A stretch of 64,000 nt of DNA from Dehalococcoidia bacterium. GTDB taxonomy: Bacteria > Chloroflexota > Dehalococcoidia > Lucifugimonadales > Australimonadaceae. The stretch spans positions 950,379 through 1,014,378 of the forward strand of contig OZ251500.1 of assembly GCA_965242755.1 (NCBI GenBank). The letters are read 5' to 3'. Position 1 is the first letter of the stretch; every line of letters begins with the position of its first letter. Shown here in pieces: positions 1 to 6,853 of the stretch. Both the position numbers and the translations under genes were made by a program. The notes beneath the pieces were generated by a model. That model saw only the letters and a list, made by a program, of their open reading frames with translations, had not been told where the DNA came from and ran no database searches.

Positions 1-1
1 C

Positions 2-274
2 GTCGCGCTCTTCCTGCTGCTGGACGCCTACTACCTCGCGCTGGAGCGAGCGTTCCGCAAATCCTACGAGGCGTTCGTCGCCAAACTGCACTCCGGCGAT
101 CTGGCCGAAGCCGACTTGTACGTCGTGAAGCCCGTAGGCATGGGCATCATCCTCGTTGGGGCTTGCCTCAGATCGTTCTCCGTATGGCTGTTCTACGTCG
201 TTCTGGCCGTTACGATTGTCCTCGCATGGCTGCTCGTGCTACCATCGGATTCCATATTAGGGAGAGGAGGGTAG
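2..274 (+). CDS. 3' part of a membrane protein gene that starts upstream of the window
   Basis: Frame is open from the window edge to TAG at 272-274. Translation reads ..LLLDAYYLALERAFRKSYEAFVAKL.. followed by a hydrophobic run GIILVGACLRSFSVWLFYVVLAVTIVLAWLLVL. No family recognised. Confidence 0.6.
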   Translation, partial: VALFLLLDAYYLALERAFRKSYEAFVAKLHSGDLAEADLYVVKPVGMGIILVGACLRSFSVWLFYVVLAVTIVLAWLLVLPSDSILGRGG

Positions 275-282
275 CGATGGCG
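209..282. repeat. Junction repeat copy A (3' end of the membrane gene, RBS, ATGGCG)
   Basis: 74 nt align with 1322-1396, with 8 mismatches and 1 indel by hand alignment. Confidence 0.85.
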
Positions 283-468
283 CATAAGCCTGCGACAGGC
301 CCGGAGGCGTTCGAGCAGATGCGGAACTCGAGGCTTCTGTTGGAGCGCACGCTCCAGGGCGCCCGCGAATTGGACGCAGGCCAAGGCGTTCCCTGGTCGG
401 ACTACCTCAAAGAAGTCGAAGAGCGGGAACGGCGGGAGCGCGAGGACGAGGGGCATGCCGCCGGTTGA
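277..468 (+). CDS. Small antitoxin-like protein (ParD-like C-terminal pattern)
   Basis: ATG at 277 follows GGAGAGGAGGG. 63 aa with an acidic tail. Its stop overlaps the next ORF by 14 nt, a typical TA layout. Confidence 0.5.
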   Translation: MAHKPATGPEAFEQMRNSRLLLERTLQGARELDAGQGVPWSDYLKEVEERERREREDEGHAAG

Positions 469-736
469 CGCCGTGCTCGCGCGCGGCGCAAGGGCGACGC
501 TGGCCTCGAAGGATCCCGACCAAGAGGAGCGTATAAGGGCAGACCTCAACAGGTTGATGGACGACGCTGAGCCTGACGGCATCGCCAAGACCGAACTTCG
601 CTTGCCCTATCCGCCAGGCGTGTTCGGATTCGCCGCGTCGGAATGCTGGATGACCTACCGATTCCTGAACGCCGCGACTATTGAAGTCCTCGCCATTTTG
701 CCGTGGGAGGACTTCCTTCCAGAACGCGCGGGGTAG
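455..736 (+). CDS. RelE/ParE-superfamily toxin-like protein
   Basis: 93 aa. C-terminal pattern ..ECWMTYRFLNAATIEVLAI.. resembles the RelE/ParE beta-strand core. Overlaps the upstream small ORF. Confidence 0.5.
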   Translation: MPPVDAVLARGARATLASKDPDQEERIRADLNRLMDDAEPDGIAKTELRLPYPPGVFGFAASECWMTYRFLNAATIEVLAILPWEDFLPERAG

Positions 737-867
737 CCGCTGATCGGCCGGCGCGTCCGTCGGTCGGCGATGTGGGAGTGGCGATGCGGAAGGCGTCGGG
801 GCAGCGGCGCCTCCGCTCGACCCTGCGCTTTGCTATACTCGTTGGCGCAAGCAGCAGGAGCGCCCCG

Positions 868-1293
868 ATGGTCACATCCCCGCGAAGCCCCATAGAGAGC
901 CACGCCGTCCATTCCGAGCGGCTGATGCGCCACGCTTGGGAGCGCCTCGAGCAGGGCGACCGTCTGCAGGCGTCGGAGAAATGCTGGGGCGCGGTCGCGC
1001 ACGCGCTCAAGGCCGTCTCCCAGCGCTACGGCTGGCGGCATCGGACGCATGCCCACAACAACGCGGTCGCGGCGCATCTGTCGAACCTCGCGAGCGACGA
1101 CATGATCTACGTTCTCTACTCGGCGGCGGAGGCGCTGCATGTCAACTACTACGATGACGTGAAGCCGTTGGACGAGATACGCCGCATCTTGACGGCGGCG
1201 GAGGGCTTGCTCCGGCGCATCGCCGACGCTGTTCAGCGGCTCGGGGCGGACCCGCCCGCGCCGTCCTACGACCGCCGGGCGCGCAGCGCGTAG
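868..1293 (+). CDS. PaREP1/HEPN-like helical protein, paralog 1
   Basis: Motifs GDRLQASEKCWGAVAHALKAV and ALHVNYYDD. An R-x4-H pair (RYGWRH) sits at an aligned position. Paralogs at 14514-15032 and 47521-48036. Confidence 0.6.
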   Translation: MVTSPRSPIESHAVHSERLMRHAWERLEQGDRLQASEKCWGAVAHALKAVSQRYGWRHRTHAHNNAVAAHLSNLASDDMIYVLYSAAEALHVNYYDDVKPLDEIRRILTAAEGLLRRIADAVQRLGADPPAPSYDRRARSA

Positions 1294-1321
1294 GGTCGGG
1301 CGCCTGCCCACTCCGACGGAC

Positions 1322-1396
1322 GCTACGATTGCCCTCGCGTGGCTGCTCGTGCTATCATCGGATTCCATGCTAAGGAGCGGAGGGTAGGCGATGGCG
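1322..1396. repeat. Junction repeat copy B (relic 3' end of the membrane gene fused to the TIR-like gene start)
   Basis: About 88 percent identical to 209-282. Encodes a relic ..TIALAWLLVLSSDSMLRSGG-stop immediately before ATG 1391. Confidence 0.85.
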
Positions 1397-2338
1397 GCGA
1401 AAATCCCGCGGCACAAGGTCTTCACCAGTTTCCATAACGACGACATGGCCTACAAGGACAAATTCGTCCGGATGCTGGGCGGCGACATCGTGGACAAGTC
1501 CGTGCACGACGACGAAATTGACTCTTCCGTGAAAGTGAGCACTGCCCGCCGGAATATCCGCGACGACTACATCGCCGACGCATCTGTCACGGTCGTGTTG
1601 ATCGGCCCGGACACTTGGGGGCGCAGGCACGTGGACTGGGAAATCAGCTCCAGCATCCGCAAGACCAAGAAGAACTCCCGGTGCGGTTTGCTCGGCATCC
1701 TCCTGCCGAACCACCCCGACTACCACAAGCCCACCTACCACGGCAATATCCCGCCCCGGCTGGCGGACAACTGCAAAGGGGAAGACCCCTACGCGGAGAT
1801 CTACCGCTGGGAAGACCTGAAAAAGCCGGGCGTGAAGGCCAAGATTCGCAGGTGGATAGACGAGGCGTTCAAGCGGAAGGACGGGGATCCGCCCAACAAC
1901 AGGCGAAAGGCGTTTAGGAATAACAGGAGCCCTGAGGCAACGCAGGAATCTAAGTTTCGGGGGCGGATTGCCAACCCCTTCGACCCCGAGGGACTCCATG
2001 TCAGCGCTCAGGGAGCGGCGATACCCGACGCGGCGCCCCGCGGCCCCGTGCGCGTGTTCATCCCCAGCGATGGCGTGGAGTTGGAGTATGATGTGAGGGC
2101 GAGGAAGTTCGTCCAAGCGCGGCGGGTCGACCGAACGTTGCGCCCGGCGGACCACCGCGTCGAATACGGCGAGCACGTTATCGCCAAGCCGCACAAGGTG
2201 CCTCACGGGAACGCGCTGATACGGATCGACAAGAAGGGCCAAGTCAGCGTTGAGGACGTGCTGCCGAAGAAGCGCGGCAGCGGTAGCAAGATAGCAGCGC
2301 CGCGTCCCCGCCTCCCCCGCGAGCGGCTCCCTCTCTGA
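1391..2338 (+). CDS. ThsB-like TIR-like domain protein (DUF1863 type) with an extra C-terminal domain
   Basis: N-terminus KVFTSFHNDDMAYKDKF ... ASVTVVLIGPDTWGRRHVDWEI matches the ThsB/DUF1863 pattern (FxSFHxxD ... VLIGxxTxxRxWVxxEI). 315 aa. Confidence 0.7.
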   Translation: MAAKIPRHKVFTSFHNDDMAYKDKFVRMLGGDIVDKSVHDDEIDSSVKVSTARRNIRDDYIADASVTVVLIGPDTWGRRHVDWEISSSIRKTKKNSRCGLLGILLPNHPDYHKPTYHGNIPPRLADNCKGEDPYAEIYRWEDLKKPGVKAKIRRWIDEAFKRKDGDPPNNRRKAFRNNRSPEATQESKFRGRIANPFDPEGLHVSAQGAAIPDAAPRGPVRVFIPSDGVELEYDVRARKFVQARRVDRTLRPADHRVEYGEHVIAKPHKVPHGNALIRIDKKGQVSVEDVLPKKRGSGSKIAAPRPRLPRERLPL

Positions 2339-2417
2339 CGGACAACAGGGGGTAGCGTGGAATCCCCCCGCAAGGTACGATGGCGCGGCATCGCTGGATG
2401 CCGAGGGTAGAACCAAC

Positions 2418-2685
2418 ATGACGCCGTCGCCGACCAACCCCGTCCAAAGCCTTCCCGCCCCAACGCTCAACTTCCCCACGAGCGCGCTCTACTTGGGCGA
2501 CAACCTGGACTTCATGCGGGGGATGAACTCCGAGACCGTCGGCCTTATCGCCACCGACCCGCCTTTCAACAAGGGCGTCAAGGCGTTCAAGGCCAAAGAC
2601 GGCACGGCGGCGGACGGCCAATCCTTCACCGACAAGTGGAACTGGCAGAAGGACGTGCATCCGCAGTGGATCAAGGACATCCATG
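2418..2685 (+). pseudogene. N-terminal fragment of a beta-class DNA methyltransferase (motif IV DPPF), out of frame with the body
   Basis: LYLGDNLDFMRGM..VGLIATDPPFNKG..FTDKWNWQ matches the N-termini of the methyltransferases at 35153, 36851 and 37037. The frame then turns into Arg-rich nonsense. Confidence 0.7.
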
Positions 2686-3963
2686 GAGAATTGGCCGGCG
2701 GTCGGCGCCGTGATAGAGGCCGCCAAGCTGGCTCAGGGCTACGACACCGCAGCCTACCTGTGCTGGCTAGGCGTTCGGCTTATGGAGATGCACCGCATCC
2801 TCCGCAACGACGGGGCAATCTACGTCCACCTCGACCAGACGGCGGTGGCTTGGGTCAAGACGCTGATGGACGCCATTTTCGGGCGCGACAACTCCCGCAA
2901 CGAAATCGTGTGGCGCCGAACTCACAGCAAGAACGCCGTGGCCACGCGCTTCGGCACCAACCACGACACCATCCTCGCCTACTCCAAAGGCAAGTGGGCG
3001 TTCAACAAGAAGCGGGCGGTGCGCCCGTTCGAAAAGGACGAGGGGCAGGCCGGCTACAAGTTGGACAAGAAGACCGGGCGCTACTTCGCGCTGTCGCCAA
3101 TCTACGCGGACGGCCCTCGGAACGGCGACAGCGGGCAGCCCGCGACGTTCAGAGGCAAGGTCTACGAGCCCCCCGCCAACAGGCACTGGCGCGTTCCCGG
3201 CGGCAGGAAGAGCGGCGAGACGACATCGGCGGGTTGGGCCCGTTTGGACGCTGAAGGGCGTATGTACCTTGCGGAAGGCGGGAAGTTCCCGCAGTACATC
3301 CGCTATCGCGACGAAATGAACGGCGTTGACTTGGACGACGTCTGGACGGACATCCCAATACCCAGCGAACGCGAACGGACGGGGTGGAGCACGCAGAAGC
3401 CGCTCTCGCTCTATGAGCGCATCGTGCTCGCGTCGTCGAAGCCGGGAGACGTGGTGTTCGATCCGTTCGCGGGTTGCTCCACCACGCTCGTGGCGGCGGA
3501 GAAACACGGACGCCTCTGGGTGGGCTGCGACCGCGACCCCATCGCCCAGAGCATCGTCCGGCAGCGCCTGAGCGACAGCCGCCAACTCGCGAACCCGGCG
3601 AGCGTGCAAGTGCTCCACGATCCGCCTGTCCGTTCGGACGAAGTGACGGAGGAAACGCCCGACCTCGTCCTTAAGCCGGTAAAGCCGAAGCAGCGAAGGA
3701 TGCCGCGTTCCGAATTGCGCGATGCTCTCGTTCTGCGGGACGGCCTGCTCTGCCAGGGGTGCGGATGGACGCCGCCTCGCAGCAACTATCTCGTAAACGA
3801 CCATCGGCATCCTCACTCGGACGGCGGAGTCGACGACATCGTCAATCGCGTGCTCCTATGCCATCCGTGCAACGAAACCAAATCCGACACGCTCACGCTG
3901 AAGGGGCTCAGGCAATTCAACAAGCGCCACGGCCTCATGCTTGGGAAGGTGGACGGAGCCTAG
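2683..3963 (+). CDS. DNA methyltransferase body (motif I DPFAGCSTT, TQKP) fused to a C-terminal HNH nuclease
   Basis: AIYVHLD, NEIVWRR, STQKPLSLYERIV, VVFDPFAGCSTT. C-terminus CQGCGW..NDHRHPHSDGG..LLCHPCNETK is an HNH motif. Lacks its own motif IV, which lies in the 2418 fragment. Confidence 0.8.
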   Translation: MENWPAVGAVIEAAKLAQGYDTAAYLCWLGVRLMEMHRILRNDGAIYVHLDQTAVAWVKTLMDAIFGRDNSRNEIVWRRTHSKNAVATRFGTNHDTILAYSKGKWAFNKKRAVRPFEKDEGQAGYKLDKKTGRYFALSPIYADGPRNGDSGQPATFRGKVYEPPANRHWRVPGGRKSGETTSAGWARLDAEGRMYLAEGGKFPQYIRYRDEMNGVDLDDVWTDIPIPSERERTGWSTQKPLSLYERIVLASSKPGDVVFDPFAGCSTTLVAAEKHGRLWVGCDRDPIAQSIVRQRLSDSRQLANPASVQVLHDPPVRSDEVTEETPDLVLKPVKPKQRRMPRSELRDALVLRDGLLCQGCGWTPPRSNYLVNDHRHPHSDGGVDDIVNRVLLCHPCNETKSDTLTLKGLRQFNKRHGLMLGKVDGA

Positions 3964-3978
3964 CGCCGCTGGCCCGTG

Positions 3979-4009
3979 CCCAGTAGGTTCCCGCTTTCGC
4001 GGGAATGAC
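3979..4009. repeat. Hairpin repeat module A (inverted): TTCCCGC-TTTC-GCGGGAA
   Basis: cccagtaggttcccgctttcgcgggaatgac is the reverse complement of the unit seen at 10585, 12540 and 13557. Confidence 0.85.
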
Positions 4010-4057
4010 GGGGGTGTGTTGGGGGCATGGGACGGGCGCGGAGCGCCCGCCTGGGGG

Positions 4058-4087
4058 TTGACAACCGCACCGGCCACGATCAATACT
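4058..4087 (+). promoter_or_regulatory. Sigma-70-like promoter (TTGACA-18-AATACT)
   Basis: TTGACA at 4058-4063 and AATACT at 4082-4087, about 30 nt upstream of ATG 4120. Confidence 0.4.
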
Positions 4088-4119
4088 GTTCGGAACGCAA
4101 GTTCTACGGAGGTGGCGCT

Positions 4120-4368
4120 ATGCCGTCGGGGAACTCGATAAGTTTGGCAATTGCTGCGGTCGCCGGTCTTGCGACGTGGGCAGCCGTCTACGCTGCGTTG
4201 AGAGGGGTACTGGGTGCTGCTGTGGACGAGGCACAAGCCTCGATTGCGAAGGATGGCATTGGAGGGGCCGCTGCGTTTGCGCTACTGGGGGTGATTCCCC
4301 TAATCGTGCCGTCCATCCCTGCGCTGGGCGTCGGCGGTCTTGTCGCTAAGTGGTTGGATCAGTTCTAG
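4120..4368 (+). CDS. Small membrane protein (82 aa)
   Basis: GGAGG precedes the ATG. Two hydrophobic segments: AIAAVAGLATWAAVYAAL and AAAFALLGVIPLIVPSIPALGVGGLV. Confidence 0.5.
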   Translation: MPSGNSISLAIAAVAGLATWAAVYAALRGVLGAAVDEAQASIAKDGIGGAAAFALLGVIPLIVPSIPALGVGGLVAKWLDQF

Positions 4369-4444
4369 GCGATGGCCGAGAGAGGCCGGCAGGCGGCGCG
4401 ATCGATGAGCCTGACAACAAGTTCGGCGCGGACTCGCCCGCGTC

Positions 4445-4495
4445 GGGGGCATAACTCCCTGGGCTCCCAGTAGGTTCCCGCCTACGCGGCGCGGC
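4445..4495. repeat. Degenerate mosaic repeat (gcataactcc..ccagtaggttcccgcctacgcgg)
   Basis: Matches the D+A module junction seen at 48250-48300. Confidence 0.6.
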
Positions 4496-4624
4496 GTTGC
4501 GCCCCCTACCCGCCTGCACGCCCCTACCCCACCCCACCCCGCCTTGCCGCGCGGCGCGCGATTCGCGTAGGATTGCGCCCAACGGCCGCGCGGAACGCGG
4601 CGCTGCGGCAAAGGAGAATTGCGT

Positions 4625-5869
4625 ATGGCGGACAAGAGGCGGTTGGGCCTCGCGATGGTCGGCATCGGCGTCGGGGGGACGGAGATGCTCCCGGCGATGG
4701 AGGCGATGCCGGAGTTGCGCCTCGTCGCGGGGTGCGACGTCAACGAGGAGACGCTGAACCGGTTCGCGGAGCGCTACGGCGCGAAAGGCTACGGCGACTA
4801 CGACGAGATGCTCGCCGACCCCGATGTCGAGGCCGTCTGGGTCTCGACGCCGAATCGCTTTCACGCCGAGCACTCCATCCAGGCGATGGAGGCCGGCAAG
4901 CACGTCGTCGTCGAGAAGCCGATGGCGCTCAACTTGGACGACGCCAAGCGGATGGTGGAGACGGCGAATCGGACGGGCGTGAAGTTCCTCGCGGGGCACA
5001 CGCGCAGTTTCACGCCGCCCGTCCGGACGATGTGGCGGATCGCGCAGTCGGGCGCGATTGGCCGGCCGCGCGCCGTCAACGCCTTCGCCTACACGGACTG
5101 GATGCTCCGCCCGCGCACGTGGGAGGAGTTGGATATGGAGCAGGGCGGCGGCCTGCCGATGCGCCAACTGCCCCACCAGATCGACAGCGTGCGGCTCATC
5201 GGCGGCGGAATGGTCAAGAGCGTGCGCGGCGCGACGGGGCAGTGGATGGCGGAGCGCCCGATTCCGGGCTACTACGCCGCGTTCCTCGAGTTCGAGGACG
5301 GCACGACGTCGCTCGTCTGCCACAACGGATACGGCTACGCGATGGGCGCGGAGTTCGTGACGTGGGGCCACGACCGGCAGCGCTACACCGCCGAGGAGCG
5401 CGTCGAGGTGCGCCGCCAAATGCGGGACGGCGTCCGCGACGAGTCGGAGGACAAGCAGGCGCTTCGCATCGGCGGGCTGCAAGAGCGCGAGGTGTTCAAG
5501 GCGGAGAACGAGGACGTCTGGGTTCCCGAAGACCTCGGCCTGCTCATCGTCTCGTGCGAGCGGGGCGATGTCCGGCACGGCCCGCAGGGGCTCATTCTCT
5601 ACGACGACAAGGGAACGCATCGCATAGATTTGGAGATCGACCGCGATATGGGCCCCGGCTACCGCCGCGCGGAACTCGAGGAGTTGTACGACGCGGTCGT
5701 GGATGACCGCCCGATCTTCCACACGGGCGAATGGGGGCTTGCGACGCTGGAGGTCGTGCTGGGCATCATCCGCTCCGGCGCGGAGGGCCGGGAGATTGCG
5801 ATGGAGTTGCAAGTTCCCGTCCACGAGCGCTACGGCGAAGCGCGCAACTTCTCCCCCGCGCTGGGGTAA
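4625..5869 (+). CDS. Gfo/Idh/MocA family oxidoreductase
   Basis: AAGGAG RBS. N-terminal Rossmann segment LGLAMVGIGVGG. EKPMAL motif. Confidence 0.8.
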   Translation: MADKRRLGLAMVGIGVGGTEMLPAMEAMPELRLVAGCDVNEETLNRFAERYGAKGYGDYDEMLADPDVEAVWVSTPNRFHAEHSIQAMEAGKHVVVEKPMALNLDDAKRMVETANRTGVKFLAGHTRSFTPPVRTMWRIAQSGAIGRPRAVNAFAYTDWMLRPRTWEELDMEQGGGLPMRQLPHQIDSVRLIGGGMVKSVRGATGQWMAERPIPGYYAAFLEFEDGTTSLVCHNGYGYAMGAEFVTWGHDRQRYTAEERVEVRRQMRDGVRDESEDKQALRIGGLQEREVFKAENEDVWVPEDLGLLIVSCERGDVRHGPQGLILYDDKGTHRIDLEIDRDMGPGYRRAELEELYDAVVDDRPIFHTGEWGLATLEVVLGIIRSGAEGREIAMELQVPVHERYGEARNFSPALG

Positions 5870-5883
5870 GCGCTCCCGCGCGC

Positions 5884-5998
5884 CCGCCCTCTCCCGCCCA
5901 GAGGGAGAGGGAGTTGGGGAAGCCCGCGAAAGCGGCGACTTGCCGCGGGAATGATGGCAAATTCCCTCTCCCCTCTGGGAGAGGGTTAGGGTGAGGGT
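5884..5998. repeat. Mosaic repeat cluster (two CCCTCTCC..GGAGAGGG hairpins and one CCCGCGAAAGCGG unit)
   Basis: ccctctcccgcccagagggagaggg, cccgcgaaagcgg..ccgcgggaatga, ccctctcccctctgggagagggttagggtgagggt. Confidence 0.8.
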
Positions 5999-6347
5999 CG
6001 GGCGACTCGCTGCGGGAAGCCATAATGCGCGGAGCGCCAATCCTCTCCCATCCGCGCCCCGGCACGTCCAAGCGCTTCGTCGCTCCGGCGACGCATCAGC
6101 CGTCGCAACGATAGAACGCTACACCGCCTTGCTGGAGGAAAATGGCCCCGACCTTGGAATGCCCCGGGACAGGCTGCTCGACAGTGAGGTCGGCCTCTAC
6201 GAACTGCGGGCGGGCAACCACCGCATTGCGTACGGAGAAGCGGGCGGCGTGTTGTGGCTGCTGGAGGCATGGCGGAAGACCGCGCAACTCCCGCCGAGGA
6301 ACAGCGTCGACCGCGCCAGAAGGAGACTGCTCGACCTGAGGAGGTGA
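5991..6347 (+). CDS. HigB/Gp49-like (RelE superfamily) toxin; start uncertain
   Basis: ..LLEENGPDLGMPRDRLLDSEVGLYELRAGNHRIAYGEAGGVLWLLEAWRK.. fits the Gp49/HigB pattern. The 5' end runs into a repeat element. Stop lies 5 nt before the HTH gene. Confidence 0.6.
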   Translation: MRVGRLAAGSHNARSANPLPSAPRHVQALRRSGDASAVATIERYTALLEENGPDLGMPRDRLLDSEVGLYELRAGNHRIAYGEAGGVLWLLEAWRKTAQLPPRNSVDRARRRLLDLRR

Positions 6348-6352
6348 GCGTT

Positions 6353-6646
6353 ATGAGAACCGCAAAGGAGATGTTCGAGCAAATGCGCGCCAACGACCCG
6401 GAACTCCAGCGGGAGTACGACCGGCTGGGGCCTCGGTTCGCGATGATAGACGCCATCGTCAAGGCGAGGAAGCGGCGCAAGATGAGCCAGCGCGAGTTGG
6501 CCGAGCGCCTCGGCGTGACGAAAACCGTGGTCAGCCGCTTGGAGTCCGGCCAGCACAGCCCGCGCTTGGAGACGGTCTACGACCTCGCCCGCGCGCTCGG
6601 CTGCCGGCTCGAGCTCAAGTTCATCCGGGAGCGCCCTGCCCGCTAG
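6353..6646 (+). CDS. XRE-family HTH antitoxin (HigA-like)
   Basis: MSQRELAERLGVTKTVVSRLESGQHSPRLETVYDLARALG is a classic XRE helix-turn-helix. Confidence 0.8.
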   Translation: MRTAKEMFEQMRANDPELQREYDRLGPRFAMIDAIVKARKRRKMSQRELAERLGVTKTVVSRLESGQHSPRLETVYDLARALGCRLELKFIRERPAR

Positions 6647-6672
6647 CGGGCGCGCCCTCCTCCCCCCACGCG

Positions 6673-6719
6673 ATACAATATCTTGTGACGATCCGCGGGA
6701 TTGACCCTAAATCTAGGCA
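6673..6719 (+). promoter_or_regulatory. Candidate tandem NrdR boxes
   Basis: ATACAATATCTTGTGA (6673-6688) matches 13/16 of the acaCwAtATaTwGtgt consensus recalled from memory. ACCCTAAATCTAGGCA (6704-6719) matches 10/16. Centres are 31 bp apart. Confidence 0.45.
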
Positions 6720-6728
6720 ATTCCCCGA

Positions 6729-6758
6729 TTGACTAGGGCAGCCCTAAGGGGGCATACT
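6729..6758 (+). promoter_or_regulatory. Sigma-70-like promoter (TTGACT-18-CATACT) for the RNR gene
   Basis: Hexamers at 6729-6734 and 6753-6758, immediately downstream of the NrdR-like boxes. Confidence 0.35.
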
Positions 6759-6853
6759 GCCCGCCTGTCCTTAGACGCAATCCCGTAGGAACGCAGACCC
6801 GCGGCCCCCCCTCCCTCAGGGAGCGGCGAGAGGCGGCGGGTCGGGAGGCTCGA

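Noticed and set aside
2418-3254. 278-aa continuous ORF as the real methyltransferase N-terminal gene product
   Set aside because: After about residue 88 the translation becomes Arg/Gly/Pro nonsense. Meanwhile the +1 frame carries all conserved methyltransferase blocks. Only the first ~88 codons are meaningful.
6759-6853. Cobalamin riboswitch or other riboswitch in the RNR leader
   Set aside because: The leader is under 100 nt and I could not find the B12-box or a multi-helix junction. The NrdR-box interpretation fits better.
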